Shown piece by piece: positions 12,083-25,818 of a stretch of DNA of 64,000 nucleotides. The stretch is from Heptranchias perlo. Lineage: Eukaryota. The stretch is taken from assembly GCF_035084215.1 (NCBI RefSeq), contig NC_090367.1, positions 3,038,001 through 3,102,000 of the forward strand, written 5' to 3'. Positions within the stretch are counted from its first letter, which is position 1, and every line of letters starts with the position of its first letter. The position numbers and the translations under genes are program-made. The notes under the pieces are model-generated. The model made no database searches. It was not told where the DNA came from and saw nothing but the letters and a program-made list of their open reading frames with translations.

Positions 12083-13524
12083 GTAAGTATTAAGCACTTA
12101 ATTCGTTTCAGAATAAATGACCGTGCTACTAAGAAGCTGTTGTTTTATTGCAAAATGCAGTTTTGCTTCAAAAATATAAAGATCTATTGCAATAGTATAT
12201 GTTCTTCTTAGATTTTGCGACACCCATACTAAAAATGTAGTACTTTGCGTTTTAAAAAAACCTTTGTTGCAAATGGCCCTACTGAATGTTTTTTCTTTGG
12301 TTCTATTGTAAAGAAATTGTTACATGCTTACAGTGCAACACAATGTTGAACTGATTATGGGTGCTATTATGCATAATTTCCTTGAAACTTAATACTTGTG
12401 ATGCTAAAGTATTTAGGTTCAGAGCATATAATTTTTTAATACTTTATGTGTAACTGCATATGTATATATCAACCTGCAGTGCATAACTGGAGCAGAGGGA
12501 GGGAAATGTACAGGGGGGGCATTTAAAAACCATGGGTGAGAATTGCTCTGGTTGCTATGTGTAGAGACAATGAAGCTTTCCTCTCCATTATTTCTAGCAA
12601 AATTACAAATATGTTCTTTTAGAGCAGACAGTATGTAAATATTTGCAGTGCTTTCCCAAGAAAGGGACTGAAGGGCTGGTCAGGTAGGATCTTGCTTTGT
12701 GCATGATATTTCCATTTGATGAACGAAGACTACCTTACAAGATCGGCCGTCTAACTTTCTTCTTTAAGTATTACCTCATGGTCAAGATGAAACAGCTAGT
12801 CAGGACAGACCTGTCAAATTATAGGTCACCCTTGTTTGATAGGTCAAAGCAATAATGTTTAGTATAGATATGGATGGAGGTTGTTTCTAGTAGCAGTCCT
12901 GTAGATGTCTAAAGTGATTTTTTAAAAAAAAGATTAGCCTACAAAGTGGATTCAGGTTTAAATGAATGATCCTTAATCATGCCTACAGATTACTTTTCCA
13001 TTTGGAGTATTTCCTGAGGGGTGCACCTCACATCACTTTTAGCTGAAGTGATAAGGATTTCATGATATGGTTGACTTGCAGTTAATGCAAGCTATAATAG
13101 GAGAAGGAAGAGAAGCAGAACATCTTCAGGAACCCACAGCTGCTACATGCCCTTCTATTTCCCCATCTAAGAGATCCTCCCTCTTCAGAATTTGGAGTGC
13201 TCCTTTTTCATAGGGAGTGAGAGGGTGGAAATTTGGGAGTTCACCACTCTCACCTGTAATGGACTTTCTTGTCCTGAAAAAAGGGCTTTTACCTTTTATT
13301 AGCAATGCAGTTATATCTAGTTCTCAATGTGCAGGTCATTATGGATGTGCTGACATGTGCAAGCAACTAAGTACCCTGCAATGCTTTTTAGGAATTGAGA
13401 ATGTGCAAGAATGTGAGTGAAGGTACATTTGCAGGTGAAGGCTGTGGATGTAGAGTGCGCCATGCTTCATCATGAGTAATGATGGGTAGTTTAATAGATT
13501 GCATTCTTGAAAGGTGCGGCTGAC

Positions 13525-15310
13525 TACGGGATGATAAGGGTAACTTGTGTATAGAAGCAGAAGATGTGGGTAGGGTTTTAAATGGATATTTTGTCTCCTT
13601 ATTCATAAAGGAAAGGGATGATCCGGACATAGTAGTTAAAGAGGAGAGGTATGAAATATTGGATAAGGTAAACGTAACGAGAGAGGAAGTACTAGAGGGA
13701 CTGGAATCCTTGAAAGTTGATAAGTCACCAGGGCCGGATGGATTGTTTCCTAGGCTATTGAAGGAAGCCAGAGAGGAAATAGCGGATGCTCTGAGGATCA
13801 TTTTCCAATCCTCACTAGATACAGGGGAGGTACCGGAGGACTAGAAAACTGCAAACATAGTACCATTGTTTAAAAAGGGTACGAGGGAAAAGCCAAACAA
13901 TTATAGGTCGGTCAGTCTTACCTCGGTGGTGGGCAAACTATTAGAATCAATACTGAGAGATAGGATAAACTGTCACTTGGAAAGGCATGGTTTAATCAGG
14001 GATAGTCAGAATGGATTTGTTCAGGGAAGGTCATGCCTTACAAATCTGATTAAATTCTTTGAGGAAGTGACAAGGAGGATTGATGAAGGAGGATGGTTGC
14101 ATGTCCACATGCGTCCCGTGGATGTTGTCTACATGGATTTTAGTAAGGCATTTGACAAGGTCCCACATGGCACTGGTCAGAGAGGTAAAAGCCCATGGGG
14201 TACAGGGAAATGGATCCAAAATTGGCTCAGTAACAGGAAACAAAGGGTAAAAGTCGATGGATGTCTTTGCGAATGGAAATCCGTTTCCAGTGGTGTGCCA
14301 AAGGACTCAGTGTTGGGTCCCTTGCTGTTTGTGATATATATTAATGATTTGGACTTGAATGTAAGGGGCATGATTGGCAAATTTGCAGATGACACAAAAA
14401 TTGGCCGTGTAGTTGATAGTGAAGAGAATAGCTGTAGATTCCATGAAGATATCAATGGATTGGTGGAGTGGGCGGAAAAGTGGCAAATGGAGTTCAACCC
14501 GGAGGAGTGTGAGGCAATGCACTTAGGGAGGGCAAACAGTAAAAGGGAATACACAGTAAACGGGAATATATTGAGAGGGGTAGAGGAGGTGAGAGACCTT
14601 GGAGAGCATGTGCACAGGTCCCTGAAGGTGGCAGAACAGGTAGATAAGGTTGTGAAGAAGGCGTACGGAAGGCTTTCCGCTATTAGCCAAGGTATAGAAT
14701 ACAAAAGCAGGGAGGTAATGATGGAACTGTATAAAACGCTGGTAAGGCCACAGCTGGAGTATTGTGCACAGTTCTGGTCACCACATTACAGGAAGGATGT
14801 AATTGCTCTGGAGAGAGTGCAGAGAAGATTTACAAGAATGTTGCCAGGGCTTAAAAATTGCAGATACGAGGAAAGATCGGATAGGCTGGGGTTGTTTTCC
14901 TTGGAACAGAGGAGGCTGAGGAGTGACTTGATTGAAGTGTACAAAATTATGAGGGGCCCAGATAGAGTAGACAGGAAGTACCTGTTTCCCCTAGTGGAGA
15001 GTTCAAGAACTAGAGGACATAGATTTAAGCTGATTGGCGGAAGGATTAGAGGGGACATAAGGTGAAACTTTTTTATCCAGAGGGTGGTGGGTGTATGGAA
15101 TTCACTGCCCGAATTGGTGGTAGAGGCAGGGACCCTCAACTCTTTTAAAAAGTACATGGACCTGCACCTAAAGTGCTGTAAGCTGCAGGGCTACGGACCA
15201 GGTGCTGGAAGGTGGGATTAGAATGGACACCTGGTTGTTCTTCGAGCCGGCGCGGACACGATGGGCCGAACGGCCCCCTTCTGTGCTGTATCTTTTCAAT
15301 GGTTCTATGG
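13525..15310 (+). mobile_element. CR1 LINE, 5'-truncated, RT region with a premature stop
   Basis: ORFs 13545-13844 and 13866-15065 contain KSPGPDG, YMDFSKAFDKVPH, KFADDTK and the CR1 C-terminus; 3' UTR runs to about 15310. Confidence 0.95.
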
Positions 15311-15317
15311 ACTCTCT

Positions 15318-15540
15318 TACCTTGACTGACCTGGAACGGTCATTAAGCTTTTTCCAGAACTGACAGTCGCTGCCTTGGCCATCCACTTCCAGTGCCCCTG
15401 AGCAGCTCTCCTTGGCACACCTGTGCACTCTATTCCAATCAAGGCCTCCCTCGTCTGCTTTACCTCCTGCAGCAGCACTTCCATGGATCCATCTGACATA
15501 CAGGGAATTCTCTGCCCTCCAGCTGACGTCATAGACATTT
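15318..15540 (-). pseudogene. PIF/Harbinger Myb/SANT-like DNA-binding ORF relic
   Basis: RIPCMSDGSMEVLLQEVKQTREAL...W..A, a frameshift, then WKKLNDRSRSVK|gtaag. This matches the Harbinger-associated Myb/SANT pattern. Confidence 0.6.
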
Positions 15541-17312
15541 TTTGTTTAAGAACTTGTTTTGGTACTTGAAAACTAATGATGATGATGCCTGGCCTTTTAA
15601 GATCTTTAAATCCTGCAGCAGCATGCTATTTCCCACCTCCTACAGGCAAGCACCCAATCAGTTGCATTCCTGAACTCATCCCAAATATTAAAATAAAGCT
15701 GACCTCAGAAATTACAGTAAGGTCAGCACTCATGACATCAAGTGGATGCGATCTGCATTCCATCTTATTTCCATTTGGGATTTTACCTGATCAGAAAATT
15801 AGGCCTGACAGGTTAGTACCAGGGCAACTGGCAAATTGGGGGAGACCATGTCTAAAATTTTAGGTTTTTTCCCTTGGATATGTATTAACACTCTGTTGCT
15901 AAATTTGATTGTTAAAATGAGTTAAAATTGTTTATTGAATGCTAAATGGTTATTAAATTGTTTGATAAGTTCCCATCCCTTCCCAATCCACAGACCCATA
16001 CTTGTTCCTTTTCCTGCCCTATTCACATTACCACTCTTTTCCCCCCCTTCCACAATTCACACTGGTACTTTTTGCCTCAACTCCCTTCTTTCACCCCTCT
16101 CCCTTCTCGGTTCATAGAGCCAGTGGTCAATGATTTGCTCCTTGGCACTGCTCCTGGCTTCCACCCAATGCTGCTGTTGTTCCCAGGGATTGAACTGCAC
16201 TCTCCCGATCTGGCATATCTATTGCAGTAGCTAAGAGCACCAGTGAGGTTGAATCAGGAAGCAGAGCAAGGTGATTTTTCTGAGGTGCGGGGGGTGGGAG
16301 GGGGGGGAAACATAATTTCATGAAGGTGGCATGATATTCATGGATAATGCAATAAATAGTCAGGAATTTTCTAGTGGCCCTGGTAAAAACCCGCGTAGGA
16401 TCCACATAATGGAATCCACAATCATATCTGATTTGTGTAGAGATTAACAAGATTTAACGATGATTTCCTGCTTCAAATGAAATTCCAAGATCACCTTATA
16501 TAAGGATTTGAGATGAAGTCTGAGAATAGCTCAGTCACCATACCACGATCGCGCACATCTGTCTGAATACTCACGCCTACGGCTTCTTGACTCCTCAGTT
16601 GAAAGAAGACATTTTAAACTCAGTTCGAGGTGGTGCATAAGTTTATGAAGCAGCAGATTTAAATCTCAAGGTGGATGGAAGTAACCTGAATTAGATTTCC
16701 AAAGTCTTTCATAAAACGGGATATAATGGGATGTTGCTGAAGAAAACCTTTGTAGACATAGACATGGAAAGCTGCACTTTGGATCTTGAAATTACTTAGT
16801 TTCAGATCCAAGCTCAGCAAATGTTGGGCATATTTCAGAATGCAAGGGATCTCAAAGGCTAGTGGATCTAGTTTTCTGGCTAAATACCAGACAATTTTTG
16901 CACCACACACTTAAGTGTTGGAAAGTTTTCTGGAACCCATTAATGTACCCAAAAAAAGAAAGCCCTTTTGCTCATTCCCTTTCAACATCCAGGGCTATCA
17001 AAGACATGCTGACTGGGTTCAGGTGATAACTTGGATAACAAATGCCCCCTGAGCACCTGCAAAATTAAAGATCCAGAATAGATGTTTGGTATATTCCCTC
17101 AAAATATTGTGCTGGAGTACAACTTGGGAGACCACGGGGTGAGGAGCTTTTTTCTCCCCAAACTTGTCCCCTCCTTCCACAGGCCATTACACTAAAAACT
17201 GTAATAGTACAGGTATTATTTGCTCAGCTACAAAACCTAATTTACATTAATAACTGTTCTAAAAGATGGTATGTCCAAGGGTCAAAGTATGGTAGAACCA
17301 TGGGAGATAGTC

Positions 17313-18245
17313 TTAAATGTAGGTGGCATGATTAAGAAGTTTGCTGATGATACGAAAGTTGGTCCTGTGGTTGATAGTGAGGAGGAAAGCTGTAGACTGC
17401 AGGAAGATATCAATGGATTGGTCAGGTGGGTAGAAAAGTGGCAAATGGAATTCAATCCAAAGAAGTGTGAGGTAGTGCGTTTGGGGAGGGCAAACAAGGC
17501 AAGGGAATGCACAATAAATGGGAGGATACTGAGAGGTGTAGAGGAACAGAGGGATCTTGGAGTGCATGTCCACAGATTCCTGAATGTAGCAGGACAAGCA
17601 GATAAGGTAGTTAAGAAGGCATACGGGATACTTTCCTTTATTAGCTGAAGCACAGAACATAAGAGCAGGGAGGTTATGCTAGAACTTTATAAAACACTAG
17701 TTAGGCCACAGCTAGAGTACTGCGTACAGTTCTGGTCACCACATTACAGGAAAGATGTGATTGCACTAGAGAGGTACAGAGGAGATTTACGAGGATGTTG
17801 CCAGGACTGGAGAATTTTAGTTATGAGGAAAGATTGGATAGGCTGGGTTGTTTTCTTTGGAACAGAGGAGGCTGAGGGGAGATTTAATTGAAGTGTATAA
17901 AATTATGAGGGGCCGAGATAGAGTGGATAGAAAGGACCTATTTCCCTCAGCAGGGAGGTCAATAACCAGGGGGCAGAGAATTAAAGTCATTGGTAAAAGG
18001 ATTAGAGGGGAGTTAAGGAGAAATTGTTTCACCCAGAGGGTGGTGGGGGTCTGGAACTCACTGCCTGAAAGGGTGGTAGAGGCAGAAATCCTCATCACAT
18101 TTAAAAAGTATTTGGATATGCACTTGAAGTGCCGCAACCTACAAGGCCCAAGAGCTGGAAAATGGGATTAGGCTGGATCGCTCTTTTTCAGCTGGCACAG
18201 ACACGATGGGCCAAATAGACTCCTTCTACCGTAAATTTCTATGAT
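17313..18245 (+). mobile_element. CR1 LINE 3' fragment
   Basis: KKFADDTK...LVRPQLEYCVQFWSPHY...RRLRGDLIEVYK, with a stop and a frameshift. Confidence 0.95.
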
Positions 18246-18321
18246 TCTTCTGTTCGTTTTTTTACCTCATTATGCGAATGAATATTGAAAGGGATGTTTA
18301 GCACCAAATTTTTTTTTTTTT

Positions 18322-18530
18322 TTTATTCGTTCACGGGATGTGGGCGTCGCTGGCAAGGCCGGCATTTATTGCCCATCCCTAATTGCCCTCGAGAAGGTGG
18401 TGGTGAGCCGCCTTCTTGAACCGCTGCAGTCCGTGTGGTGACGGTTCTCCCACAGTGCTGTTAGGAAGGGAGTTCCAGGATTTTGACCCAGCGACAATGA
18501 AGGAACGGCGATATATTTCCAAGTCGGGAT
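18322..18530 (-). mobile_element. LINE family B 3' end with poly-A tail
   Basis: Near-identical reverse complement of 53830-54030, preceded by a T-run. Confidence 0.9.
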
Positions 18531-20419
18531 AACATATGTTACCTTCCTGTACAAAGCATAATTTCTCAGTAAAACCCTCAGCCCTTGCCATCCGGTTAAC
18601 AAAATTCTGCACTTAGCATTTTTCTCATTATTCCCAAGTACAATGGTCTCAAAACATATTGCAGCTTATACTGTGAAAATGTACCTTTGGTCCATTCAAG
18701 AATAGAAGGGGCGTGACAAAATTGATCCAGGCAAATAATTCGCCATGGTGAAGGGCCCAAACACTAGGGGACACGAGTTAAAAATTCAGAAGTTAGAAGG
18801 GAAATGAGACTGGACTTTTTCACCCAAAGGGTAACACAGAGTTGCAGATCAGTCACCAAGGAAGGACACTGAAGTAAACAGTATAAATGGGTCCAATGGG
18901 CAACTAGAGAAGTTTCTGGATAGTGAAGAGATTCAGAAATATTGACTGTTCAGTAAAAGGAATTTCTTTACCTGTATACACAGGCCTTAAAACAGGCTGT
19001 GTGAATATTAGTAGACAAATGCTTAACATGCTTATAATTTTTTTTTTCTATTTTAATGAAGGCTTCATTTAAAATATAATATTTAGAGAGGTGTAGAAGT
19101 AAATTTGGTAACTGTCAGTAGGAACTGAGAATACATTTTGAATCCACAGTTCCTATTATCAGTTAACAGATTCATCTTTACATCTTTCCTAATAATATAT
19201 TTGACTAACGGACATCAATATAAGATCAAATGTAAGATTTAGAACAGAGCACAGGAGAAACTTTTTTTAAAAACAGACGATTGTGTAGCTGTGAAATGCA
19301 CTACCAGAGTTACTGATGAAGTAGAGTTCATGTCACTTTTAAGAATAGGTTAGATGGGTGGTTGAAGGAAAGGTGGTTAAAGGGATCTGGGAGGGCACAT
19401 GGGATTAGGACTACCGTTCGTGTGGAAAACAAACACCAATACGATGTTTCCCTGATGGGCTGTTCCCATGTTGCATTTTCTATGTAATAGAAAACCTAGG
19501 GTTTATACCAAGATTACAAAGAGAACTCACTTTTGATAAGATTTTTAAAATTTGAACGTGGGGGCAAGGGTTTTGCACCAAGTAGAAGAATGCAAATCTG
19601 CACTATCAATTTTTTTCATTCATTCACGGGACCTGGGCGTCGCTGGCAAGGCCAGCATTCATTGCCCATCCCTAATAATTCGTAACATGGTAAATCTTTG
19701 CTCTCACTTATGTCACTGTGGGAAGAGGCTCAGGGGAGCAGAGACAGAATATAACGAAGGGTCAATCATCCAAGGGTGCTTGTACACAACTGAATGTCGG
19801 GCTTTAGAGCAAAAATTAAAACAGAAAATTCTGGAAATACAAAGCAGGTCGGCCAGCACCTAAAAAGGAGGAAAAAAAAACTTAACATTTCGGATGTACA
19901 CCTTTTGTTAGAATTTTGTACATTCAAAACATTAATCTATCTTTCTTTTCTAAAGTGATGACAGCCCAGCAATTTCTGTTTTTATTTTACATTTGCAGCA
20001 TTATCAGTTTTTGAAAAACCTACGGCAGAGGCCTGTGAGCAGATTTCCACCCATTTCTTCAATGGCGAGGTTATGAAGTGCAGAGAGCTGTTGGATGGGA
20101 TAAAACAAAAAAAAATTAAATGATTTTTGTTAAAAAAATTTGTAAAACTGAATGCCGACTAACTACAGGTACAGGTGATGTGGTGTGCAGCAATATCAGG
20201 ACCCACCATTTTTATTTATAGATAGTTGTCATGGTTTTGACTGCAGGGACTGATTTTTATTGGTTAGCTAAGGTTTCCTGGCCTCAGCATGTTGCTTGGT
20301 GATAAATATTTCTTAGAAACTGCACTATCATTTATATTGCATAATTTTTAGTAGTGCGTAGATGAAAAACACAGCTGTTTTTAGTTTAAAGTTATGGCAT
20401 CTTCTGTTAGAACCAATAT

Positions 20420-20825
20420 CAACAGTTTGCATTTATATAGCACCTTTAACGTAGTAAAATGTCCCAGGGCGCTTCACAGGAGCGTTATCAGACAAAATTT
20501 GACACAGAGCCGCATAAGGAGATATTAGGACAAGTGATCAAAAGCTTGGTCAAAAAGGTAGGTTTTAAGGGGCATCTCAAAGGATGAGAGACAAGTAGAG
20601 AGGTGGAGAGGTTTAGAGAGGGAATTCCAGAGTTTAGGGCCTAAACAGCTGAAGACATGGCTGCCAATGGATGGTCGAAGGAAATTGGGGATCACAAGAG
20701 GCCAAACGGACTGCAGCGGTTCAAGAAGGCGGCTCACCACCACCTTCTCAAGGCCAATTAGGGATGGGCAATAAATGCCGGCCTCACCAGCGACACCCAC
20801 ATCCCCTGAACGAATAATAAAAAAA
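20420..20825. mobile_element. L2 3' end (minus) joined to a LINE family B tail (plus)
   Basis: tttgcatttatatagcacc...KLWNSL on the minus strand, then cggactgcagcggttcaagaagg...cccacatcccctgaacgaata on the plus strand. Confidence 0.75.
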
Positions 20826-21549
20826 CAAAAGCAATTCCATGAAAATTGCACATGATGAGCTTTACCTCATGTGAGTGAAGGGCAGAAAAGGCAGTTCATG
20901 GTACCATTCCTTTTTTCAAGAAATTAAATTAAACAGTGTATACTTTCTGACCTGTGCTAAATTCTTCTGTGTATTCCTTTAATGCAGACATGAATCCTTT
21001 TACTTTAAATTGACTTGAGCATGCATTTAAAAGACACTCAGAGGGGCTTAGTATAAATACATTATGCATTCATACAGGGACAACTCTGGTCAGAAAGTAT
21101 ACCAGAATGCTCATCAAGAAACAAGCTCCAATTAATTACTGGAAAATCCAATGCCTGGCATAAATGAAAATATAAATAATGAAACTACAAGATTACAATT
21201 CTTTACTTCATTTATATTGTGGATGAAAAATTTGATTTGTAGTCCTGAATATCATTCTAATTCTACTTTACATAGTTAGTATTGAATATATACATAAATT
21301 TGCTCTTTGTTTCCGATAAACAATTTGAAAACAACAAAGGTCATCTGTGCGTTGAAGTATTCAAAACACTAAAGCAATTCTTCAAAAAACAGAATTTCGA
21401 AGCTTCTATATAAAAAATGAGCAATTTCAATACGAAACTGACAAAATCTTCAAGCCTTACAATAATAATCTAGTGTGCCGGTATGTTAAATACTATGGGT
21501 CACTATGTAGCATCAGTAAGCTAATAAATATATTAAAAAAGGACGGCCT

Positions 21550-21725
21550 GCAGGGGAGGAATGCGTGGTGCAATGGGTTAAGACAACATTCTTTCATCTC
21601 CAGAATCTGGCTGAGAATGAAAGTCTCTCTCTGTCTACTGGCCGCATGTGTCCTATATGAAATGAGCGTTGGTAGTCTCAATGCAGTTCCCTGTACAACA
21701 CATAATTGTTTCCAATTTGGCAATA
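21550..21725 (+). mobile_element. LF-SINE-like ancient SINE fragment
   Basis: cctatatgaaatgagcgttggtagtctcaatgcagttccc resembles my recollection of the LF-SINE core; tRNA-like head. Confidence 0.45.
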
Positions 21726-22069
21726 TTTAGCACTCCCATTCAGACCTAATTTGGCACTCTGGATCTTAGAGTGGCCATGGGTTGGCTGTTGTGGGAAAAT
21801 GGAAAAAACTGACATAGTAGCAGTGTTTAATCTTGACTCCGGGGGGGGGGGGGGATCTTCTGAGTAAGCACTTCCAACAGGAATCATGCCCGCTGGGTGC
21901 ACTATCAGGGAGTAGTGGGCAGTGTGCAAACGATTTCCTGATATGTACAGCTGGCAGGCGAGGCTCCCCACTGACAGCACAGGAGGATTGGGTGGTGCAG
22001 TGGAGTAAAACACAAGCCTTTCACTTCAAGCACCTAACAGTGGAAAATCAGCCCTTAGGTGCCCAAGGA

Positions 22070-22345
22070 GGACAAGGGCAGCAGGCACACGGGAGCAACA
22101 CCACCTGCACGTTCCCCTCCAAGTCACACACCATCCCAACTTGGAAATATATCGGCCATTCCTTCATCGTCGCTGGGTCAAAATCCTGGAACTTCTGACC
22201 TAACAGCACTGTGGGAGAACCTTCACCACACGGACTGCAGCGGTTCAAGAAGGCGGCTCACCACCACCTTCTCAAGGGCAATTAGGGATGGGCAATAAAT
22301 GCCGGCCTCGCCAGCGACACCCACATCCCCTGAACGAATAAAAAA
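22070..22345 (+). mobile_element. LINE family B 3' end
   Basis: Highly similar to 53765-54035. Confidence 0.9.
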
Positions 22346-22984
22346 AGATGCAAAATGTTCCATTTCACCAACACTAAAGTCCCTCGCCTTAAAAAGCACT
22401 TTTATTTTTAAATGGAACAGAGCAGTAGAATACAAATCTGGGCTATTGCCACGATACACCACATGGTGAGCTCCTAACCCTTCAACTCCTGAGCTGCCAT
22501 AGATGTCAAGCAGAGCTAAGTTGCTTCTTTACAGAAAAGGAGATGAGAAAAAGGACACAGGCTGTGTCAACCGGCTCTGCCTTGATTTGGCTCCCAGTAA
22601 TTGTTCATAAAAACAGTAGGAGAGCTCTCAGACCATGTTGCACTGGCACTTCAGTATGAGAATAGCACGTAGATTTGGGAGGAAGGAGATTTATGCCATA
22701 AGATGCAAAAATGTATTTATACATAAAATCTATTTGAAGGAAAATTATTTGCTACAAAATTTGCAGTTTTACAGCTTTCAAGAAGTGAACAGTTTTTCAC
22801 TTCACTGGCATCAGATATTTATACATCATAACAGACCTATCTTATCTAGTGAATAAACTATATCCTTTTGTTCCACACAGTTTATCCTCTAACCACATAA
22901 TACAAGTAGTAATATACTTTTTTTCTGATTCCAGGTCTTGCAATAAACCCGTCAAAACACTTTCAGAAACTGCTAGCGTTAAAA

Positions 22985-24601
22985 GTGAACTCCACATCAA
23001 TGGATATCCAACCATCTTTTAGAAAAGAAAAACTCCTTTTCAATATGAACACAACACCAGAATGTATTTTCCCCGTGCTCACCAACTGCTCTCCAGGAAA
23101 GAATCAAACGGAAGTCCAAGCAGCAGTCCATAGAGCTACGCTGGCCACCTGCATCCTACTGCTCATGCTGGTGTTCTGTCTGGGGTCCTATGGGAATTTA
23201 ATTGTCTTCTCCTCCTTCTTCAATCCAGCTTTCAGGAAATTTAGGACACATTTTGACTTCATGATCCTGAATCTGTCTTTTTGTGACCTCTTCATCTGCC
23301 TCATCTCAACCCCTATGTTTGGCTTTGTGATGTTTTTTGACAATGGGAACAGCTTGTCAGACACTTTCTGTTTCGCATTCCACCTCACCAGCACAGGATT
23401 TGTCATAATGTCTTTGAAAACAGTGGCTGTGATTGCTGTCCATCGTCTACGGATGGTGCTGGGACAACAAACTAACCACTCCTCCTCGTTTGTCTGTACA
23501 TTCCTTCTTACTATCATCTTGTGGGTCATTAGTTTCACCCTGGCCACCTTGTCAGCCATGACTAAATACCACAGCTCCAAGAACTGTGTCCCGCTGCTAG
23601 GACTCATCAATGAAGATGGCAAAGCCATTTTATACACTTACGTAGTGGACTTTACCCTCTGTGTCGGTATTGTTGCAATTTCTTATGCTATGATTGCTCA
23701 GACTCTGCACAAGAATGCACAGGTACGGCGCTGCCCTGTGATTACAGTGATTGACCCCAAAAAGCCCAACTGTTTTGTCCCTCCCGAAGTATCAGGACCC
23801 TCTTTATACAGAAAGCAGAAATGCAACAAAACACCCCATGTGCAGACACACATGTACACACACAATCAAAGTAAAAGTGCTACTACCTCCAATAAGAAGC
23901 TAGAACAGACTGTGAACCTTTCAGCTGTTAAAGACTCCAAAGCAGTAGTGACCTGTATTATGATACTACTGTCAGTGGTCTGCTGTCTGCCATTGGGTAT
24001 AGCTCTAGTGCATGATGTCTTATCTGCTCAGAGCAGTTTTATCATCTATCAGTTTGAGCTCTGTGGATTCACCTTGGTATTTTTTAGGTCCGGCCTCAAC
24101 CCATTTATCTATTCCCGTAACAACTCTGGTCTCCGCAAGAAGGTGGCTTGGTGCACACAGCTCATGGCCCTGCTGCTGTGCTGCAAGCAAAAAACAAGGT
24201 TGAAAGCAGTGGGGGACGGTAGCCTGGTTGTGAACAGGAACAAGTCTTCTCATCATGATACCAATTCGGCCTACATCCTCTCTCCCAAATCACAGAAAAA
24301 GCTTGTAGACCAGGCCTGCGGGCCAAGCAATTCGAAGGATGTCTTCACTTCTGTTGAGTACCAGCAAAAAGCACAGGCTGCCTCCACACCTATCAATACT
24401 AGGATAGAGCCTTACTACAGTATCTACAACAGCAGCATCTCCCAGGAGGACAGCACTCCTACCAGTTTGGAGCCCAAAAGGTACACATTTGGCTCTGCTC
24501 AGTCCTACACTGGAATGTATTACCACATCTCTAAAACATCAGACTTCATGCAGGACTGTGACAGCACTTCTGCCAAACAAATCCCCATTCCATCTGTCTA
24601 G
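22985..24601 (+). CDS. GPR75: GPR75-family orphan class A GPCR, single coding exon (first ATG 23000; ORF-track start is GTG 22985)
   Basis: 538-aa ORF with seven hydrophobic segments and GPR75-specific motifs [62 protein letters not shown] and terminal [10 protein letters not shown]. Splice acceptor precedes 22935. Confidence 0.95.
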   Translation: MNSTSMDIQPSFRKEKLLFNMNTTPECIFPVLTNCSPGKNQTEVQAAVHRATLATCILLLMLVFCLGSYGNLIVFSSFFNPAFRKFRTHFDFMILNLSFCDLFICLISTPMFGFVMFFDNGNSLSDTFCFAFHLTSTGFVIMSLKTVAVIAVHRLRMVLGQQTNHSSSFVCTFLLTIILWVISFTLATLSAMTKYHSSKNCVPLLGLINEDGKAILYTYVVDFTLCVGIVAISYAMIAQTLHKNAQVRRCPVITVIDPKKPNCFVPPEVSGPSLYRKQKCNKTPHVQTHMYTHNQSKSATTSNKKLEQTVNLSAVKDSKAVVTCIMILLSVVCCLPLGIALVHDVLSAQSSFIIYQFELCGFTLVFFRSGLNPFIYSRNNSGLRKKVAWCTQLMALLLCCKQKTRLKAVGDGSLVVNRNKSSHHDTNSAYILSPKSQKKLVDQACGPSNSKDVFTSVEYQQKAQAASTPINTRIEPYYSIYNSSISQEDSTPTSLEPKRYTFGSAQSYTGMYYHISKTSDFMQDCDSTSAKQIPIPSV

Positions 24602-25818
24602 GCCAATCAGAGTTCCATATGAATACTAAATGGTACTAGACAAAACATAAAACATGTTCACTAAAGTCGGTGGTGTCAAGAATTTCTTGCTTGGAAGCAG
24701 GCATCTGTTGACAAATATCAGTCACGTAAGGACATTGCTAATTATAGGGCAATTTACTATATCTACTGCTAAAATATCAAATATAACAATGAACACTGGT
24801 TAATAGCTAACAATCTGTAAAAATCTGGTGCAGCATGGCTTATGTATGTCTCACTGCCAAATCATGTGGATGTATGCTGTAAATCGCATAACTGTACACC
24901 CAGAATGTCAAATAACTTGATATTTGAGAGCAGAACGAGCTGTGTTGGTGGCAGAGAGACTGGTATTCATTAAATTGGCTTATTGAACAGCTGGAAACCA
25001 TGTGCAACTACATATAAATGATACATCTCTCATATAATAGTTGTGCAATACTTGGATCAAAATCAACTTTGACATGTTGAGCACTGTAGTGTCAAGCGGT
25101 TCAGTTGTAATATTGGTACAGTTTTGGAACTTTTGGTAAGGACTCGTCAGTTCCAATCCCATTCTCAATTAATGCCTGCATGCAGGTTGTGCAAGGTGTG
25201 CGTTTTCCTGTCAGCCGGGTCACCATTGGGCAAACCAAAACTGGCAAAGGTGGGCTGTTTCTTACACTGCTCAAGAGTATCTTCCAACAGGTCAAGCAAG
25301 AAGCAATATTAAAAAAAAATCATCATTAGGGCCATTCCCTGCGTCCTAATAGAGTAGAACTGTGTGGACCCAGTGATATAATGAATAGCAATAATGTACT
25401 ATATGTAGTGCTCCCCATTTATGTCACAGAATAGGGAGTTCTCCACAAAATGACATCTTCCAGACTGAATCTGACCATAAAGTATAAAACAAGGCAACAG
25501 AAGTAATGTGGATACAAAAAATTATATGGTATCTTCCTTTATAACATTTAGGGAAAGGAACAATTTAGCAGACTATGGGCTGAGAGTGTAGCCCAACTAC
25601 TACAGTGCCAGAACCACTGCGTCTCGGGTGGTATAAGTGCATACAGGGCAAGATGCTGACCGCACACAAGCAATTTTTTTTTAGCACTCATCACTTAACA
25701 GATGACATACTGGGGGAACCTAGTGGTCGGGGGAGGGGAGGGGCAGGTTATCCATTGCAGCTGCTCTTAAAGCACTGCTGGTCACCCTTAAACCTGTCCT
25801 GCTGAAGATTTGTTAGAA

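Noticed and set aside
23188-24526. Antisense and alternative-frame ORFs over GPR75
   Set aside because: Shadow ORFs of a real coding sequence.
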